This document shows, one piece after another, positions 15,771 to 30,228 of a stretch of DNA of 64,000 bases; the first letter of the stretch is position 1, and the number at the start of each line of letters is the position of its first letter. The notes below the pieces were generated by a model. That model did no database searches and was not told where the DNA came from. It saw only the letters and a program-made list of their open reading frames with translations. The translations under genes and the position numbers were made by a program. Source of the stretch: Chrysomallon squamiferum (lineage: Eukaryota; Animalia; Mollusca); contig CM022679.1 of assembly GCA_012295275.1 (NCBI GenBank), positions 21,266,001-21,330,000 on the forward strand, in the 5' to 3' direction.

Positions 15771-17907
15771 CTATGTGCAAAGTCTAATCAGATGTACATA
15801 AGACAGAGAATATTCAAATCCAAAGTACACACACAGACAAACACACGAGTTATACACATTCATACACATACATATTCCTACACACATGCATTCACAGATA
15901 TACACATTTACACATATACATATACATACATTATATGCATACCTACATATATATACACATACATACATGCATACAGAGGGGAGACAGAGATATGTACTTT
16001 TAGTAAAATTCATCAAAACGTGTTCACACAGTTGAAATGAAACTAGGGGTTGATTTAAAATCTCATTAGGTGGTTGAATACGCACGTTATTAGATTTTCT
16101 GTTATCATCCTTGGATTAAAATGAATGACTTGTGATACAGTTTTTGTTACAGGATACGAAACACGAATAACAGTTGTTATGTGGTGTGATATAGCGGTAG
16201 TGATGAACTGTGTTTTAATATGTGACAATAATTCTCAGTGATGTATTACAATAGTCTATTTTAATAAATATATTAATATACAGTAGCAGCAACCAGTTAT
16301 CCATTATAGCGGATGTATTGTATTACATTATTTCGTATTAGATAAATAAATGCATTCATATACTAAAGTGACATCAAAGGTAAAAAAAAAACCATAATAA
16401 TAACGACAGTTATAATAACAACAACAAGATTAATAACAAGAAGGGCAACAAATAATAACAAAAACAAAGATTTTATTTTTATTTAATTTTTTTTTTTTTA
16501 TGGTGTAAATAGAATGCATACTTATCTGGGCTTTATTTAATCTATTTAACTCAAATCTGGAATGTGATAAATAAGAAATAACAAAACAATAACAACAACA
16601 GTAACTACGAATCAACAACAACAACAACTACAATAATAACAAATAAAAATGATATCAACAACAATAATAAATAAACAAAATAAATAAATACTTAGCTTGC
16701 TAATATTTTAACTGGCGACAGTAACGCATGCTTTATTTAACGCTCCTTATTATTTTTAAATTATATTTATTTATTAATTAATTATTATTATTATTTTCTG
16801 TTTTCTTTCACTTCAGAGATGCCAAAACATGAAAACCTTTGTGTTAAGTTTTCAGCATAACAGTATTAAATCTACTTGTTAATTGCTGTTTATTACAATA
16901 TTAAATTATCCTCTTCATTTTTTTTTTTTTTTTTTTTTTTTTTTGCGTCATGGGACTCTTTCAGCTCTCTCCGCAAACACGACAGACACATTTGAGGTCA
17001 CGAACTAGCTGATTTGATTAATCGCTACAGGGTCTGCAGTTCGCTTTGTGGCGTATTCTGTCTTGCGGGTCACGCGCCCGGATGTGTAACCGCGTTGACA
17101 GGTCGCAGTTACCACGGTTTCGCCATGATGCGGACGCAGTTTCCCGGGGGGAGTTTGACTTGCGTCTATTTTTCAGCGTTTTAATTGGAAAGGTCCGTGT
17201 CACGTCATTCTGTTCTACCTTCGCTCGATGGTTTTCACGTTCTGACGGGGCTTGGACAGAATATCAGTCCCCTGAGGTGACGTTACGGCAACGAGCTGTC
17301 GTCGTGTACAGCGTTCTGCAGTCGGCGAGTGGTCACAAAACAACGTGGTGGACTTCTGCTGTGACATAACGTACCAAAAATACCCGGCGGCTCAGTTATC
17401 TGAGTTGAAGTTAATTTACAACGTAATAACACACACTGTGTGATGAGACGAGACGTGATTGGTGATTCCGTATCGACGTCATTGGCTTGCAGGGTTATTA
17501 AACTGGTATAGCTGGATATCGTTTGGTTTATACTTGGTAGTAATATCACGTTGGAATAATTATCCACTGGATGTTGAGTACAACAAGAAAGGAAGCGGGG
17601 TATTTGTGTTAACACCACATGACGTCTTGTACACTGTTAGTATGTGTTATTAGGGATGTTTCTGTTGACATCAAATGCCGTCTTTGTATTGACGAAGCAG
17701 TATCGTAAATCTAAGACACATAAATAATACAGAATTTAAAACAAACAAACCCCCCAAAAATGTTCTCTTGCATGGCATATGTTTTAAAATGACATTAAAA
17801 CTGTGTCGACAAAAGTGATAAAGATTATATGATGATGATAATAGTGGCAAAAAAAAACAAACAACAACAACCAAAAAACAATTATCTGTTTGTGTATGTG
17901 TGTGAGA

Positions 17908-18017
<110 letters not shown>

Positions 18018-19536
18018 CACAAAACACAAACACGCACACAGATACATTAAAAAATAATAATTAAATCTCCAACATATATGTCACTATATAAGTTCCCTGC
18101 TGTCAATGTACTAAATCTCTTCTTTTACCGTAATAGCGGCCGTCGTCGATATTTTTATTAGCCGCTTTTCTCTAAATAGAGTCTGCTGATCTCTCAGACC
18201 AAAGCTTGCGAAATTAAGCCAGAATGGTTTTCACGCTTTCATCCAGTGTACACAAAACCCTGGTTAGCCGCATTTAGCCTCGACGCAGTTCCTGGTCAGT
18301 GGTTGAAGCAGTAGTGGTGGTTGGTCATATGGGTTATCGGATGATAAATCTGTATGTTATGCCTTTTTTTCCCATTCCAGTCACGTTAATGGAATATCGT
18401 GACGCGCTCGTCTGCCTAGGGGAAGGTGTCTCATTGTAAGATCACTTGTTACTAATCGTTGACGTACGCAAAGGGATGCAAGTGTGGTGGGTTTTTGTGT
18501 ACAGTTTGTAATGGATATAGAAGGATAATTATATTAAGATCTTGCTAGAACAAACAACACGCCAGTAACAGAATGAAAGAGATTTGATCCGGTCTCTTGC
18601 CGATGATCAAAGAACTGAGTTACAGGAAAGTGCTGCCCCCCAAAAAAAAAAAAAAAAAAAAAAATAATAATAATAATAAAAAAATAAAAAAAAAAAAAAA
18701 AAAAAACAAAGAAAACAAACAAAAAAAAAAAAAAAAGTCATTTTATTTCAACAGGATCTGGCATCATTGTTCATTTTATAAACAAGTAAAAATAGAAAAT
18801 ATTTCATTAGCCCTCGTTCTGCTGAAAAAAGAAAAAGAGAACAAATTTGGCTGTATCCCTTGCATTAATGAATAAAATGTGTTTAGAACAAGCAGACCTT
18901 TCTTTTATTATTATTTTTTTATATATATAAAGTTCTTAATTATTGATTGTCTAAATCAAACAGTGCCTGTTTTTGACTATCTCTTGTTTAAGCTGTTTGT
19001 TTTTGCGTTTTAGCCAGGGACACGTTATTTTCTGTGTAGCTGACTAACCTGACATTTACACAGGAAGAGTTGGTCTCTAAATACCTGATTAACTATCGTT
19101 ATGGTCGATATGAAATAGAAATGTCTTCCCCAGAACCTAATATTAGCATGAAATAAAATAGTTTAGAAACATGTATTTGATGTTTTATCCATATCGCCAC
19201 TTCCCAGTGGGGAAAAAATAAAAAATAAAAAAAAGTAACAAAAAAATAAAAATAATAATAATTACACAAAGGATGAAATTTATAGGCTCACGGTCAGTTA
19301 AGAAGATTTTTATCGTAAAACGATCTAATGGTTTCTAATGATAATGTTATTTAATAATAATAATGATAATAATAATGATGATGATAATAATAATAATAAT
19401 GATGATGATGATGATAATGATGATAATGACGATAATCACAGAAGGAGTAGTACCAGTAATAATGACGATGATGATGAAGACGTCGTACAAAAGTTGATGT
19501 AGATATTAACAGCAGACGCAGTAGCAGCGCTAACAC

Positions 19537-19579
<43 letters not shown>

Positions 19580-20369
19580 CGTTAAAATTTAAGAGTAAAT
19601 AGTTCATGTGGGTACATTAACAATTGCTGATGGCAACACTGATCTGTAGCACGCTCCTAAACAGCAACAACGACAACTACGACGTCAAACACAGTAATAA
19701 TAACACAGGTGTTGACCATGATGAACAATCATTATTATATATACACTGCAATCCCAAATAACGATCATCACCAAGGATTTACATCATCAGACTAACTTAA
19801 ACAAAGCACTTTATTGACTTATCACACCGGAGAATTCCAAAAAGGCGCAATTACTCAAATTATGTCTGGAACAGTTGAAGGTTTTTTTACCGGATAAAAC
19901 ACATTTCGCTAATTATTAGCTTACTACACAAACACTGAATCTCCCGTAAGACTTGGGAAACAACGACAAAGAAAAACACAGACCTTTATCAAATATTTAG
20001 TTTTTGTATCCTTATATTTTTGTTTTTGTCTGGCATACTCGGCTAGTCTGCTATTATTACTACTACTACTACAACTACTATAATTCTTATTGTTGTTGTT
20101 GTTGTTGTTATTATTATTGTTGTTGTTGTTGTTATTGTTATTACAATTACTGCTGTTATTACTGTTACTCTACTATTACTATTATTATTCCATTATTATT
20201 ATTATTATTATTATTACTATTATTATTATTGTTATTACTATCACTATTATTATTATATTATTATTATTGATAGTAGTATTAGTAGTTTTGTGATTGTTAT
20301 CATCATCATCATCATTAACATTACTATTATCTTTGCAGATGATGGATCATCATCTTAAACCTCCCTGAC

Positions 20370-20469
20370 ATGGATTTCTTGGGATACTTGGATCATATAC
20401 GCACGTGCGTAGTCGAGCGACTGAGCCCTGCGTTGGCTGGAGAGGACTCTGCTGACGCAAACATAGGAG
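20370..20469 (+). CDS. Candidate first coding exon of the two-module coiled-coil gene
   Basis: Follows acceptor CTTTGCAG (20338); ATG at 20370 gives MDFLGYLDHIRTCVVERLSPALAGEDSADANIG, ending GGAG|GTACTC in phase 1, compatible with the 27122 exon. Donor is weak and no homology was recognised. Confidence 0.4.
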
Positions 20470-21146
20470 GTACTCCTAGAGACTCGGATCACGGTGGTGG
20501 GTCTTTTCACGTAGCGTCCAGCCTGTCGTAGCGTTCCTAGTCGCAGTAAGCGTATGTGTTTGAGTAAGCGGTTACCGAGTTACGTACTGCTTGGCCCGTT
20601 CAGTAGGTCGTCCGTAATCAGATACGTGAACGAATTACGTCTACGCAAAACCTCTCTATGTTGTATTCAGTTCCTTTTGCGTCTAAAATGAAACGTCCCA
20701 TAGTCACGAGAAGGGTGGAACGTTTTCACTGCTTACGTCAGGATTTTTACTGTCGGAATGTTTTATTTGAGAGTCGTAGCGAACTACCGGTTTTTCGTAT
20801 GAGACTGACGTCAGATATTTTCTTCTAAACATTCACGAAATAAATATTTTAAATTTGTCAGTCCTCTTCGGTTGATAGCGTATTTATCACAATGATATGT
20901 TAAAAATCAGGATGACATACGGATATATATATATATATATATACATACACACATACATACGTATTTTAGTACGTTCTTATCTTTCCTACTTACATATCTA
21001 TCCTTACGTACATCATACTTACCTCATACATACATACAAATATCTACAATCAAAAATACTCATGCCCACATACAAGCACACATGCACATGCCTATTTACG
21101 CCTGTACACATGTATGTATGTATATGTATATGTATGTATGTATATG

Positions 21147-21178
<32 letters not shown>

Positions 21179-21734
21179 AAAAAATACATATATTAGTGTA
21201 CATACTTAGCTGCATACGCATCGACATATATACAGATACAAACACACAAACATTCATACATATACATACTAATACATACATGCATTCACACAGATACACA
21301 TACATTCACAACACATAAATATGTGTGCTTTTGTATGTTTGTGCTTTTGTATGTGTATGTTGGTAAATGTTGGTATATATATATATGTGTGTGTGTGTGT
21401 GTGCGCGTGTAAGTCCATGTAAATAGATATGTTTATCGGTATGAATGTACGTGTCTATATTTGTGTGTTTGTGTCTGTGTGTACATATGTGCCAAACTAT
21501 TTGTATATGCACAGTCGTAGGTAGGTAAATGTGTGTGCATGATCTATTTTTGTCTGTGTCTCTCTGTTTTTACAGGTGTAAGGTGTGTGTTTTTGTATGT
21601 ATGTATGTGCGCACACACACACAAACATACATACACACCCATAGACACACGTGCACTTACACACATATCTATGTGCATAGGTGTGTGAAACTCCGTTTTT
21701 TCTTGAATAATAAAAACAAAATAATAATAATAAC

Positions 21735-21795
<61 letters not shown>

Positions 21796-21982
21796 GAAAT
21801 AAGGAATGAAAAAAAATAGTAAAAGTGAAAAAAAGGCTTCAGCAAATCCGTTTTCCGGCTTTCTTCCTTGGTTCCACATTGTGAATTCTCTCAGAGATGT
21901 GAAACAGTTTTTTGTTTTGAATAAAATAAAAAAAAAAAAATTAAAAATAATAATAATTATTATTATAATAATAAAAGGAAAG

Positions 21983-22013
<31 letters not shown>

Positions 22014-22498
22014 ATCAGCAAATAAATTTTTCGGCTTCCTTCCTTGCTACACATTGAGAATTATCTCAGAGATGAGTCATTACGTCTGTCTGTCTGTTTG
22101 TTTTATTTGTCCAGTCTCTTCTTTTAATTCTTTTTCGGTTTCCATAACTTAACTGTTTACGCAACTGCAAGTTATTGAATTTGTTCATTTTTTCAAAAGT
22201 TTCATCCTTGAAGCAACAGTGTATTGATTCGTTTAATCATAGGAGCTGTCTCTTGCACACCCAGTTGTTCACTTTAAACAGTACAGAAATATAACTCAGA
22301 ACTTCAGTTCCAGCTGTTCGTGAAAGACATGTTTACAAATTCCCTTGTTACCGTTGTCAGGATATATAGTCCAATCAATGAATGACGTCATAATGAATTA
22401 TAATTTAGTTTACGTCATTACTGTATATAAATTTTATAACTGCATAGCAATGTTAAATTGTAATTATATTGTTTTAATGCCAATAATTTGCACACACA

Positions 22499-22579
<81 letters not shown>

Positions 22580-22777
22580 TTCATCATATTTCGGAACCTT
22601 GCATTTTATTCACACTCATACGTTAATATCGTCTTCATAGCTAAAATATTATTTTTATCAGCATATTTATTTATTCCATATTACTTTGAAATACATCTCC
22701 TACCGTTTTTCGTCCACTGAGATTTTTTTCGGAACCAGTTCGAGTCAGACTAGATTTGGTATACTTGGTAAACGAGC

Positions 22778-22850
22778 GAAAGTGAAATTTCAGTTACGCA
22801 CGGAGATTTCCCAGCGGAAATTACCGAACTGGAAAATGTAATTACCCAAC
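22778..22850. promoter_or_regulatory. Candidate IRF + NF-kB motif cluster
   Basis: GAAAGTGAAA (22778-22787), GGAGATTTCCC (22802-22812; reverse GGGAAATCTCC) and GGAAATTACC (22816-22825) within 50 bp. Confidence 0.35.
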
Positions 22851-23113
22851 ATTGTGAGCCCAGCAGTCACAATAAAACATCATTAATAGCACCGCGTATG
22901 TCCTGTACCCTTAGAGGCGCAGTGGTTAACACGCTGGAACCAGGCCTGTTTGGCTTTAGGATCAATGCGTAATGTCGGCTTTTTATCTCCGAACTAAAAT
23001 AACGAAACAAAACCAGCATGAATGAGATAGAAATAATAATAATAGTAATAATAATAATAATAATAAAATAATAATAAAAAATAAAATAAAAAATAATAAT
23101 GATAATAAAAAAG

Positions 23114-23159
<46 letters not shown>

Positions 23160-23519
23160 CATCAATAAATAATAAACAGCGATAAATAATTTTGCTTAAG
23201 GGCATTTTAGAGTACCAAAAGTTACTTTTGTTTTTCTGTTACATAAAAGAGAGAGGAAACCAGTTTCTCAGATATAAAGAAATACGTAAAGAGACTTTAC
23301 GCCCTATTTCATCTCCGACAAATTCTCTAATAAGCCAAAGTTCTCCAGAGAGACGTCAATGAACTTCATGAAATGTTCTAAATTTGACTGACTGATTCGA
23401 ATCCTTTTTATTTACTAGAAGAGCAGGTGCTATGAACGTCTCTACCAAAGTCAGTTCAAGGTTAAATGTTTTGAACGGACATTAGATACCGAACGAAGAT
23501 GATAGTTTATAATAGTAAA

Positions 23520-23960
23520 TCACACGATCTCCTAGACCATCGATCCTGAAATTATAACAAAGAAACGGGTCTGTTAATGTTCTCAGCTGAATTCTCTTGA
23601 TTGAAGAATTCACTTCAACGTGCAGACTTTAGGAGCAATTTAAAGAGCGTCTGAAATGTCTAAATTCACAGCAGGGACACGATCTCTGAGACTACCAACC
23701 TTGAAACTACGAAAAAGAAACGGATCTGGTAGATCTATTAATGTTCTCAGCTGAATTCTCTTGATTGAAGAATTCACTTGAACATGCAGATTTTAGAAGC
23801 AATCTAAAGATCGTCTGAATGTATAAATTCACAGCAGGGACAGTGTCTCTGAAACAATCGACCTTGAAACTACAAAAAATAGGCTGGTCTATTCTCAGCT
23901 GAATACTCTTGGTTGAAGAATGTAGAAGCAATCTGAAGGGTTTCCGAAATGTCCAAAATA
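23520..23960. repeat. Diverged ~170-bp tandem repeat, ~2.5 units
   Basis: TTCTCAGCTGAAT(T/A)CTCTTG(A/G)TTGAAGAAT recurs at ~23580, ~23745 and ~23892 with shared flanks (TAAATTCACAGCAGGGACA, ACCTTGAAACTAC). Confidence 0.8.
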
Positions 23961-26900
23961 ATAGCAAATGAAATAAATGATTGCAACATACTGTTGATTC
24001 CTTAAATCAATTTACATGGGGTACGGAGTAAAAAAATAAATAAAAATAAAAATAATAAAAACTGTTCGAATTTGATGAGAATTAACAAGAGACTGACTGT
24101 TTTTAATTATTCTCTTGGTAGACAGAGATTGCTACTTATCGCTATTCGTTCACTGTGGAGAAAAAAAGTGACAGGAGATTTCACACAAGGTCATTACAGA
24201 CGTGCGACTGAGAAAGGTCTGTCAATTATTTCGAGTGTGAAATAAAGCCTACAGGCAAGCTTCTTCCATCGACAGATTCTTGCTCAACCAGAAAATGACA
24301 CTCACTGTCACTCCGCTGCCAAGCACCTGATGTTAAGTATGTTTTTAAAAATGTTTCAACAGCGTCGATGTGTTTTTTATGTCACCATTGTCCATTTACG
24401 TTGTCTGGTAAATGAATCGTAGAGCGCAGTTGAGTCTGATGTGTTGTGTTTTATGAAATCAATGGACATGAAAAAAAGAAAATAATCACCGAGGCTTTAA
24501 AGTCTTTGGATCTCCTCTGGCAGCTGTTGTTCTAGGCTGTGCGTCCAATAATTCACCTACGATGATGGGTGCAGGAAAAGCATTTCGATATTCTATTAAT
24601 CATTATGACAGGAGTTAGTTATAACGAGCGACTTGCGTAATTCATCATTGCAGGCCAGTTATCTGTATTATGTTCATTATGAAATTAAAACGCTTGGAGT
24701 GTCATTTTTTTCCCCTTTATTTTATTTTATTTTTTTAAATTTTATTTTATTAACCTTGTTAAATTACCTTTGTCTATTTCGGTGTATATGACTATAAAAA
24801 TAGCTGGCGAAAGAAAATTATAGCTATTAACTGAATAATTATAATAACGAATGGCGTACAATGATATGATAAGGTTTCATATGGTGTGGTAAAAGTGTTT
24901 TCTCAAATTTTCTAATTTATTTTTTTATTGTTATCCTAGCTCAACACAGAATAGCAATGCACTGTTTTTGAATTGTATGAGTAGATTAGTTTGTTAGATA
25001 AAAATGCATCTAAATTGTTAGTTATCAGAAGTGAACTGGTTAGATATAATAGAGGTTTAAGTACAAGAAGAACATGCAGTAGTGAAATGGTTGAGATATA
25101 AAGAGATATCGTTTTCGTGAGTGTTGCCATTAGACAATTTCCTGTATAATCTGCGTTTTGAAGGCAAAAGTACATTTATTCTTTCTTGCGTATCTAATAC
25201 GTAGAAACACGTGCGATGGAAGCCGTGTTGTTCTGACCTTCATGATACCATTAAAAATCATACACCTGATATTAATTAACTGTTAATTAAAAAAATATCT
25301 TGACCTAGCAAAAAAACAAACAAGAATCTTAACGATTTTCTATTCCTTTCTCTCATTAATTCGCTGGAACGTTGCTGTAAATTGAAGCAGTTTATTTATT
25401 TTCAATTTACGTTTATTATTATTTTTACAACCATCCGCACGCAGTAGTTTATTTCAGAATAGTGTGACAGATTTCATTCACGCATATTAAAACTTCGTTA
25501 ACAAAAGGTTATTTCCCTCTGACTAAGACCAAAACAGTAGTTCTATTTTCCTTTCTTTTATTTTTTTTTTTTTTTTTTTTATTTAATTTTGTTGGAGGTT
25601 TGGAATGGGTGGTCACAATAATGGCCCATATAACGAGACTTTAACTTCAGAGGTCACTGCAACATCTTGTTATTCTTACAAGGGAAGATTCGTTTTAGTT
25701 CACTGGCTTAGCGGACACGTGATCTCAGGAACTCTTCACGATTCATGCTGATTTCAGAAAAAGAAAAAGAACCGTTTTGGGTTTTTTTCTTTCCTTCTTC
25801 CATTATGCTTCAACTGATGGCTTTTGACACCGCGTGCAGCAGAACGCTGACTCGAATCTGGACAGTAAATGAGACGACGGCTGAAACACAGCGGTAACGA
25901 TTTGCTGATATTTTCTCATGTGACAACCTTTACGACGCTACGTGATTTCAATCGCTTTTCTTTTTTTCTTTTTTTAAACACGGTAATTGAAAAAAAAAAA
26001 AAAAAAAAAAAAAAAAAGAAGAAGAAATGTCATTAAAACCAATATCACCGTGTTACCGTCGATGCCTCCTAGGTCTAACATATGCATCTAAATCAACACA
26101 TTATTATTATTATTATTATTATTATTTTTCACTTGACACGTGTGATAAATGACTATTTCTTGTTTATTGTGTTGGTTTCCGGCAGCTCACTGCTTCTAGC
26201 GTACAGATGAAAATCAGTTAAATGAAGGTTTTTTTTTTTTTCAATATCAAGATATTAAATTAAACAGTTTTGGGTTTTATTTTATTATGTTATGATTTTA
26301 TAAATAACTGCTGGAAAAGGTTATGAAAAAGGAGATGTATAAAGTTTTTGAATCATTTCCGCTCAGTTCACTATTTTACCTGTCTTGTGCTCCTCAAAGA
26401 TCCTCAAAGTTCCATTTAACAAAGGTAGTCTTTTTTTTTTTTTTTGCGACATATGGAAAGGTGCGTGAAAAGGAATCCTTTCTGCTAACAAAAAAGAGTA
26501 GCTCATTGCATGAAGGCTGCGGGTTTCCCCTCTGCTTATTTCCACAACCTTTAACCATATGTATAGCCATATTTAAAAGATAATTTCATCTTTTCATGTT
26601 TCTATCATTATATAAAGCTTTTTTGACACCCTTTACATTTTATCGTATATATTTGTTATATAGCCACTTTTTTGCCACAAACTTTAATTTTTTAAAATAT
26701 TTTTTATATCCCTTTTTGTTATTATTAAAATTATTATTAAAGTTCATTCTTCAGTGAACACTTCTTTTTTCTTGACCAGTATTTAAATGGGAAAATGGTT
26801 TTATCGTCTTTTTAAAATTTAATATACATAGTGTGTGTTCGTATTCGTGTACATGCGTGATGTGGATGGGTATGTGTGTGTGACTGCGTTATTTCTTTAC

Positions 26901-27121
26901 AGAGCACCCATTTCATGGAGTAACAAGATATTAGTGCATTCGTTTAAGTTAAACAAAACATTTAATAATATGAAAGAAAACCACATAATTATCAAGGTAA
27001 TAAATAAAAATCAAATAACCCTCTTCTACATAAACAAATCAATATCGTGCGTGCATGCGTTTGTCCGTGTGTGTGTGTGTGTGTGTGGGTTAATAATAAA
27101 CGTCGCCATTTTGAATTTCAG

Positions 27122-29495
27122 CCGTTGCTGCCTCGGACAGGGCGTCTCGCGAGGAGATTCGGCGAGAGAACGAGCACCTGTCCGCGGAACTGGACGTCGC
27201 CCAGAGAGAGTACAAGAAGCTGAAGCAGATCGTCGAGCAGCTGGACAGGGAGTACGAGGAGTCGAAAGACTTCGACCCGGTGAGACGCTACAAGAGGCTG
27301 AAAGGGATGATCAAAAGGACAATCCTCCACCTGCACCTCGACCCCGACCAGAAGGGGTCGACGCAGAGGGTCGTGGGACTGGTGCAAGGGAGCAAAGACT
27401 ACGCCCAGCAGATGGAGAGCCAGAAGAGACGCGGAGAACGAATATCAAGTACGTGTGTCTGTCTGTGATTTTCATAGTTATATACGTGTGTCTGTGATTT
27501 TCATAGTTATATATGTCTGTTTGTGGTTTTCATAGTTATATATGTGTGTCTGTGATTTTCATAGTTATATTGTCTGTGATTTTCATTGTTATATATGTGT
27601 GTATTTGTGATTTTCATAGTTATATATGTATGTTTATGATTTTCATAGTTATATATGTGTTTGTGATTTCCATAGTTATATTTGTCTGTTTTTGATTTTC
27701 ATAGTTATATACGTGTGTTTGTGATTTTCATAGTTATATACGTGTGTTTGTGATTTTCATAGTTATATACGTGTGTTTGTGATTTTCATAGTTATATACG
27801 TGTGTCTGTGATTTTCATAGTTATATACGTGTGTCTGTGATTTTCATAGTTATATATGTCTGTTTGTGGTTTTCATAGTTATATATGTGTGTCTGTGATT
27901 TTCATAGTTATATTGTCTGTGATTTTCATAGTTATATTGTCTGTGATTTTCATTGTTATATATGTGTGTATTTGTGATTTTCATAGTTATATACGTATGT
28001 TTATGATTTTCATAGTTATATATGTGTTTGTGATTTCCATAGTTATATTTGTCTGTTTTTGATTTTCATAGTTATATACGTGTGTTTGTGATTTTCATAG
28101 TTATATTTGTCTGTTTGTAATTTTCATAGTATTTATGTATGATTGTGATTTTCATGGTTATGTATGCGGGTTTATCAATTTCATAATTATATATGTGTTT
28201 ATATTTCTTATGATAGTACGGTAATTATCGCATTAATTATTATCACAAACAATATGAGTTCATACAAGCAGCAGGAATTTTTATCACAACCAGTACAAGT
28301 TCTTACTCATCACAACCCCTGGAGTTCATCCTTATTATCACAACCAGTACGATTTTATACTTATTATCACAACCAGTACGATTTTTATACTTATTATCAC
28401 AACCAGTATGATTTTATACTTATTATCACAACAGTATGATTTGTACTTACTATCACAACCAATATGATTTATACTTATTATCACAACCAGCACGATTTTA
28501 TACTTATTATCACAACCAGTATGAATTCATACTTAGTATCGCAACCAGTATGAATTTTCATACTTATTATCTTCATACCATATCGAAGACGTACTTAATA
28601 ACACGTCAAGCAGAAAGCGGGATGGGATCACTGTGTTTTTTTATTTTAATGAACAAGTGATTGAAACATTAACGTGCAGCAAACAGGGTTTTCTGGTTCA
28701 GCAAGCACTCACTCCGTGTACGTGATAAAACTTTAAGTCTCGATCCAGACACGAAATTAATGTCTGAACCCCAAAGATACGCCAGTTTAACCACGACCAC
28801 ATGATTGAATCATTTCTCCAGACAGAAATGTAGACGTCTCCGTTTTTATAATGGTCAGTGCTGAACACATACTTCTTGTTAATCGTTGCTGGTGCTGTCT
28901 CACTGATAGGTGACGTTACAGCGGGGGATGTTAAAGTGTAACAAACTCTCTGCCAATACTTAACACTGTGTATTAGATTAGCACATGTTAAGAGAAGGTC
29001 AAAATGAAAAAGAACGCGTCTTGGACTCAACTCTCTCTGACGAATTGTAACAATTTGTGTCCTTGCTTGAACAGCGTCTAACGTGCAGTTAGTAAGCGGA
29101 TGGATTGTCTTAATAAATGTGGACATTTTAAATCTAGCGACAACAGAAAGACTCTTTTGTTAACTGAATATGCTACATTACTTAACACATTACTCATGGG
29201 TCGTGTTAGTTATACAGTCACGTGATACGGTTTTTGTCTGTTTTGTATTTCTTTCTTTCCCTTTACTCGGCCCGGCATATAGAGTTTAAATATTCTAAAA
29301 AAGTTTTTTTTAGTGTGTTATATCATCCTGTAAAGAACAATGAAACCCGAATTTTTCCTTAAGAAATTCGTCTGTTGATAATCTGTTTACTGACACACCT
29401 AAATCCGCTTTACAAACATACACATAAACATGTATACTTAACATATACACAAACACACATACACACTAAAACAATTTTAATTAATTAATTAATTA

Positions 29496-29550
<55 letters not shown>

Positions 29551-30180
29551 TATTATTTTATTTGTATTTATTATTTTATTTATTTATTTGTTTGTTTGTC
29601 TCTTTTTTTTTGGCTTCCTTATCCTAGAAACAAAGCAGAAATATATATGATGTATATTTTAGGAATGCCTGAAGGCGTGTTTTTGCGCAAACATAAATAA
29701 ATAAATATATATATATAGACATTTACTCAGTATTTTTCCTGTACAATTATGATAATACGTCATACAACTATTATTCTGAAAACCGGAGTCGTAACAAGAG
29801 TAATGTTACCCGAATTTTTCTTTAACAAATTTTCCTATTAACGCTCTGAGTTCAGCCACGCCTAAATCCGCTTGTAAATCATCAGAGATATTATCAGCGA
29901 ACTTTCAAACAATGATCACAGCTGGCATACAGAATTTTGTTTTGGTTGTGTTAAAACGGCGTTCAGCTGCTAAGTATTATGTCACTGCTTGAAGTAATAA
30001 CGTGACTGTCGATAAATGTAACACGTTGTCTTGTTCAGATTCAAACATAAATACACCGTCTATAAATACACCGTCTATAAATACACCGTCTATAAATACA
30101 CCGTCAGAAACACGCGCATGTACACTCACATATCTATCTATCTGTCTGTCTGTCTGTCTGTCTGCATGTATGTATATATA

Positions 30181-30228
<48 letters not shown>

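Noticed and set aside
26835-27497. 220-aa ORF as the true protein
   Set aside because: It is the shifted frame across the GC-rich exon plus intron; the frame continuous with 27280..27468 gives the coiled-coil module and the correct splice phase.
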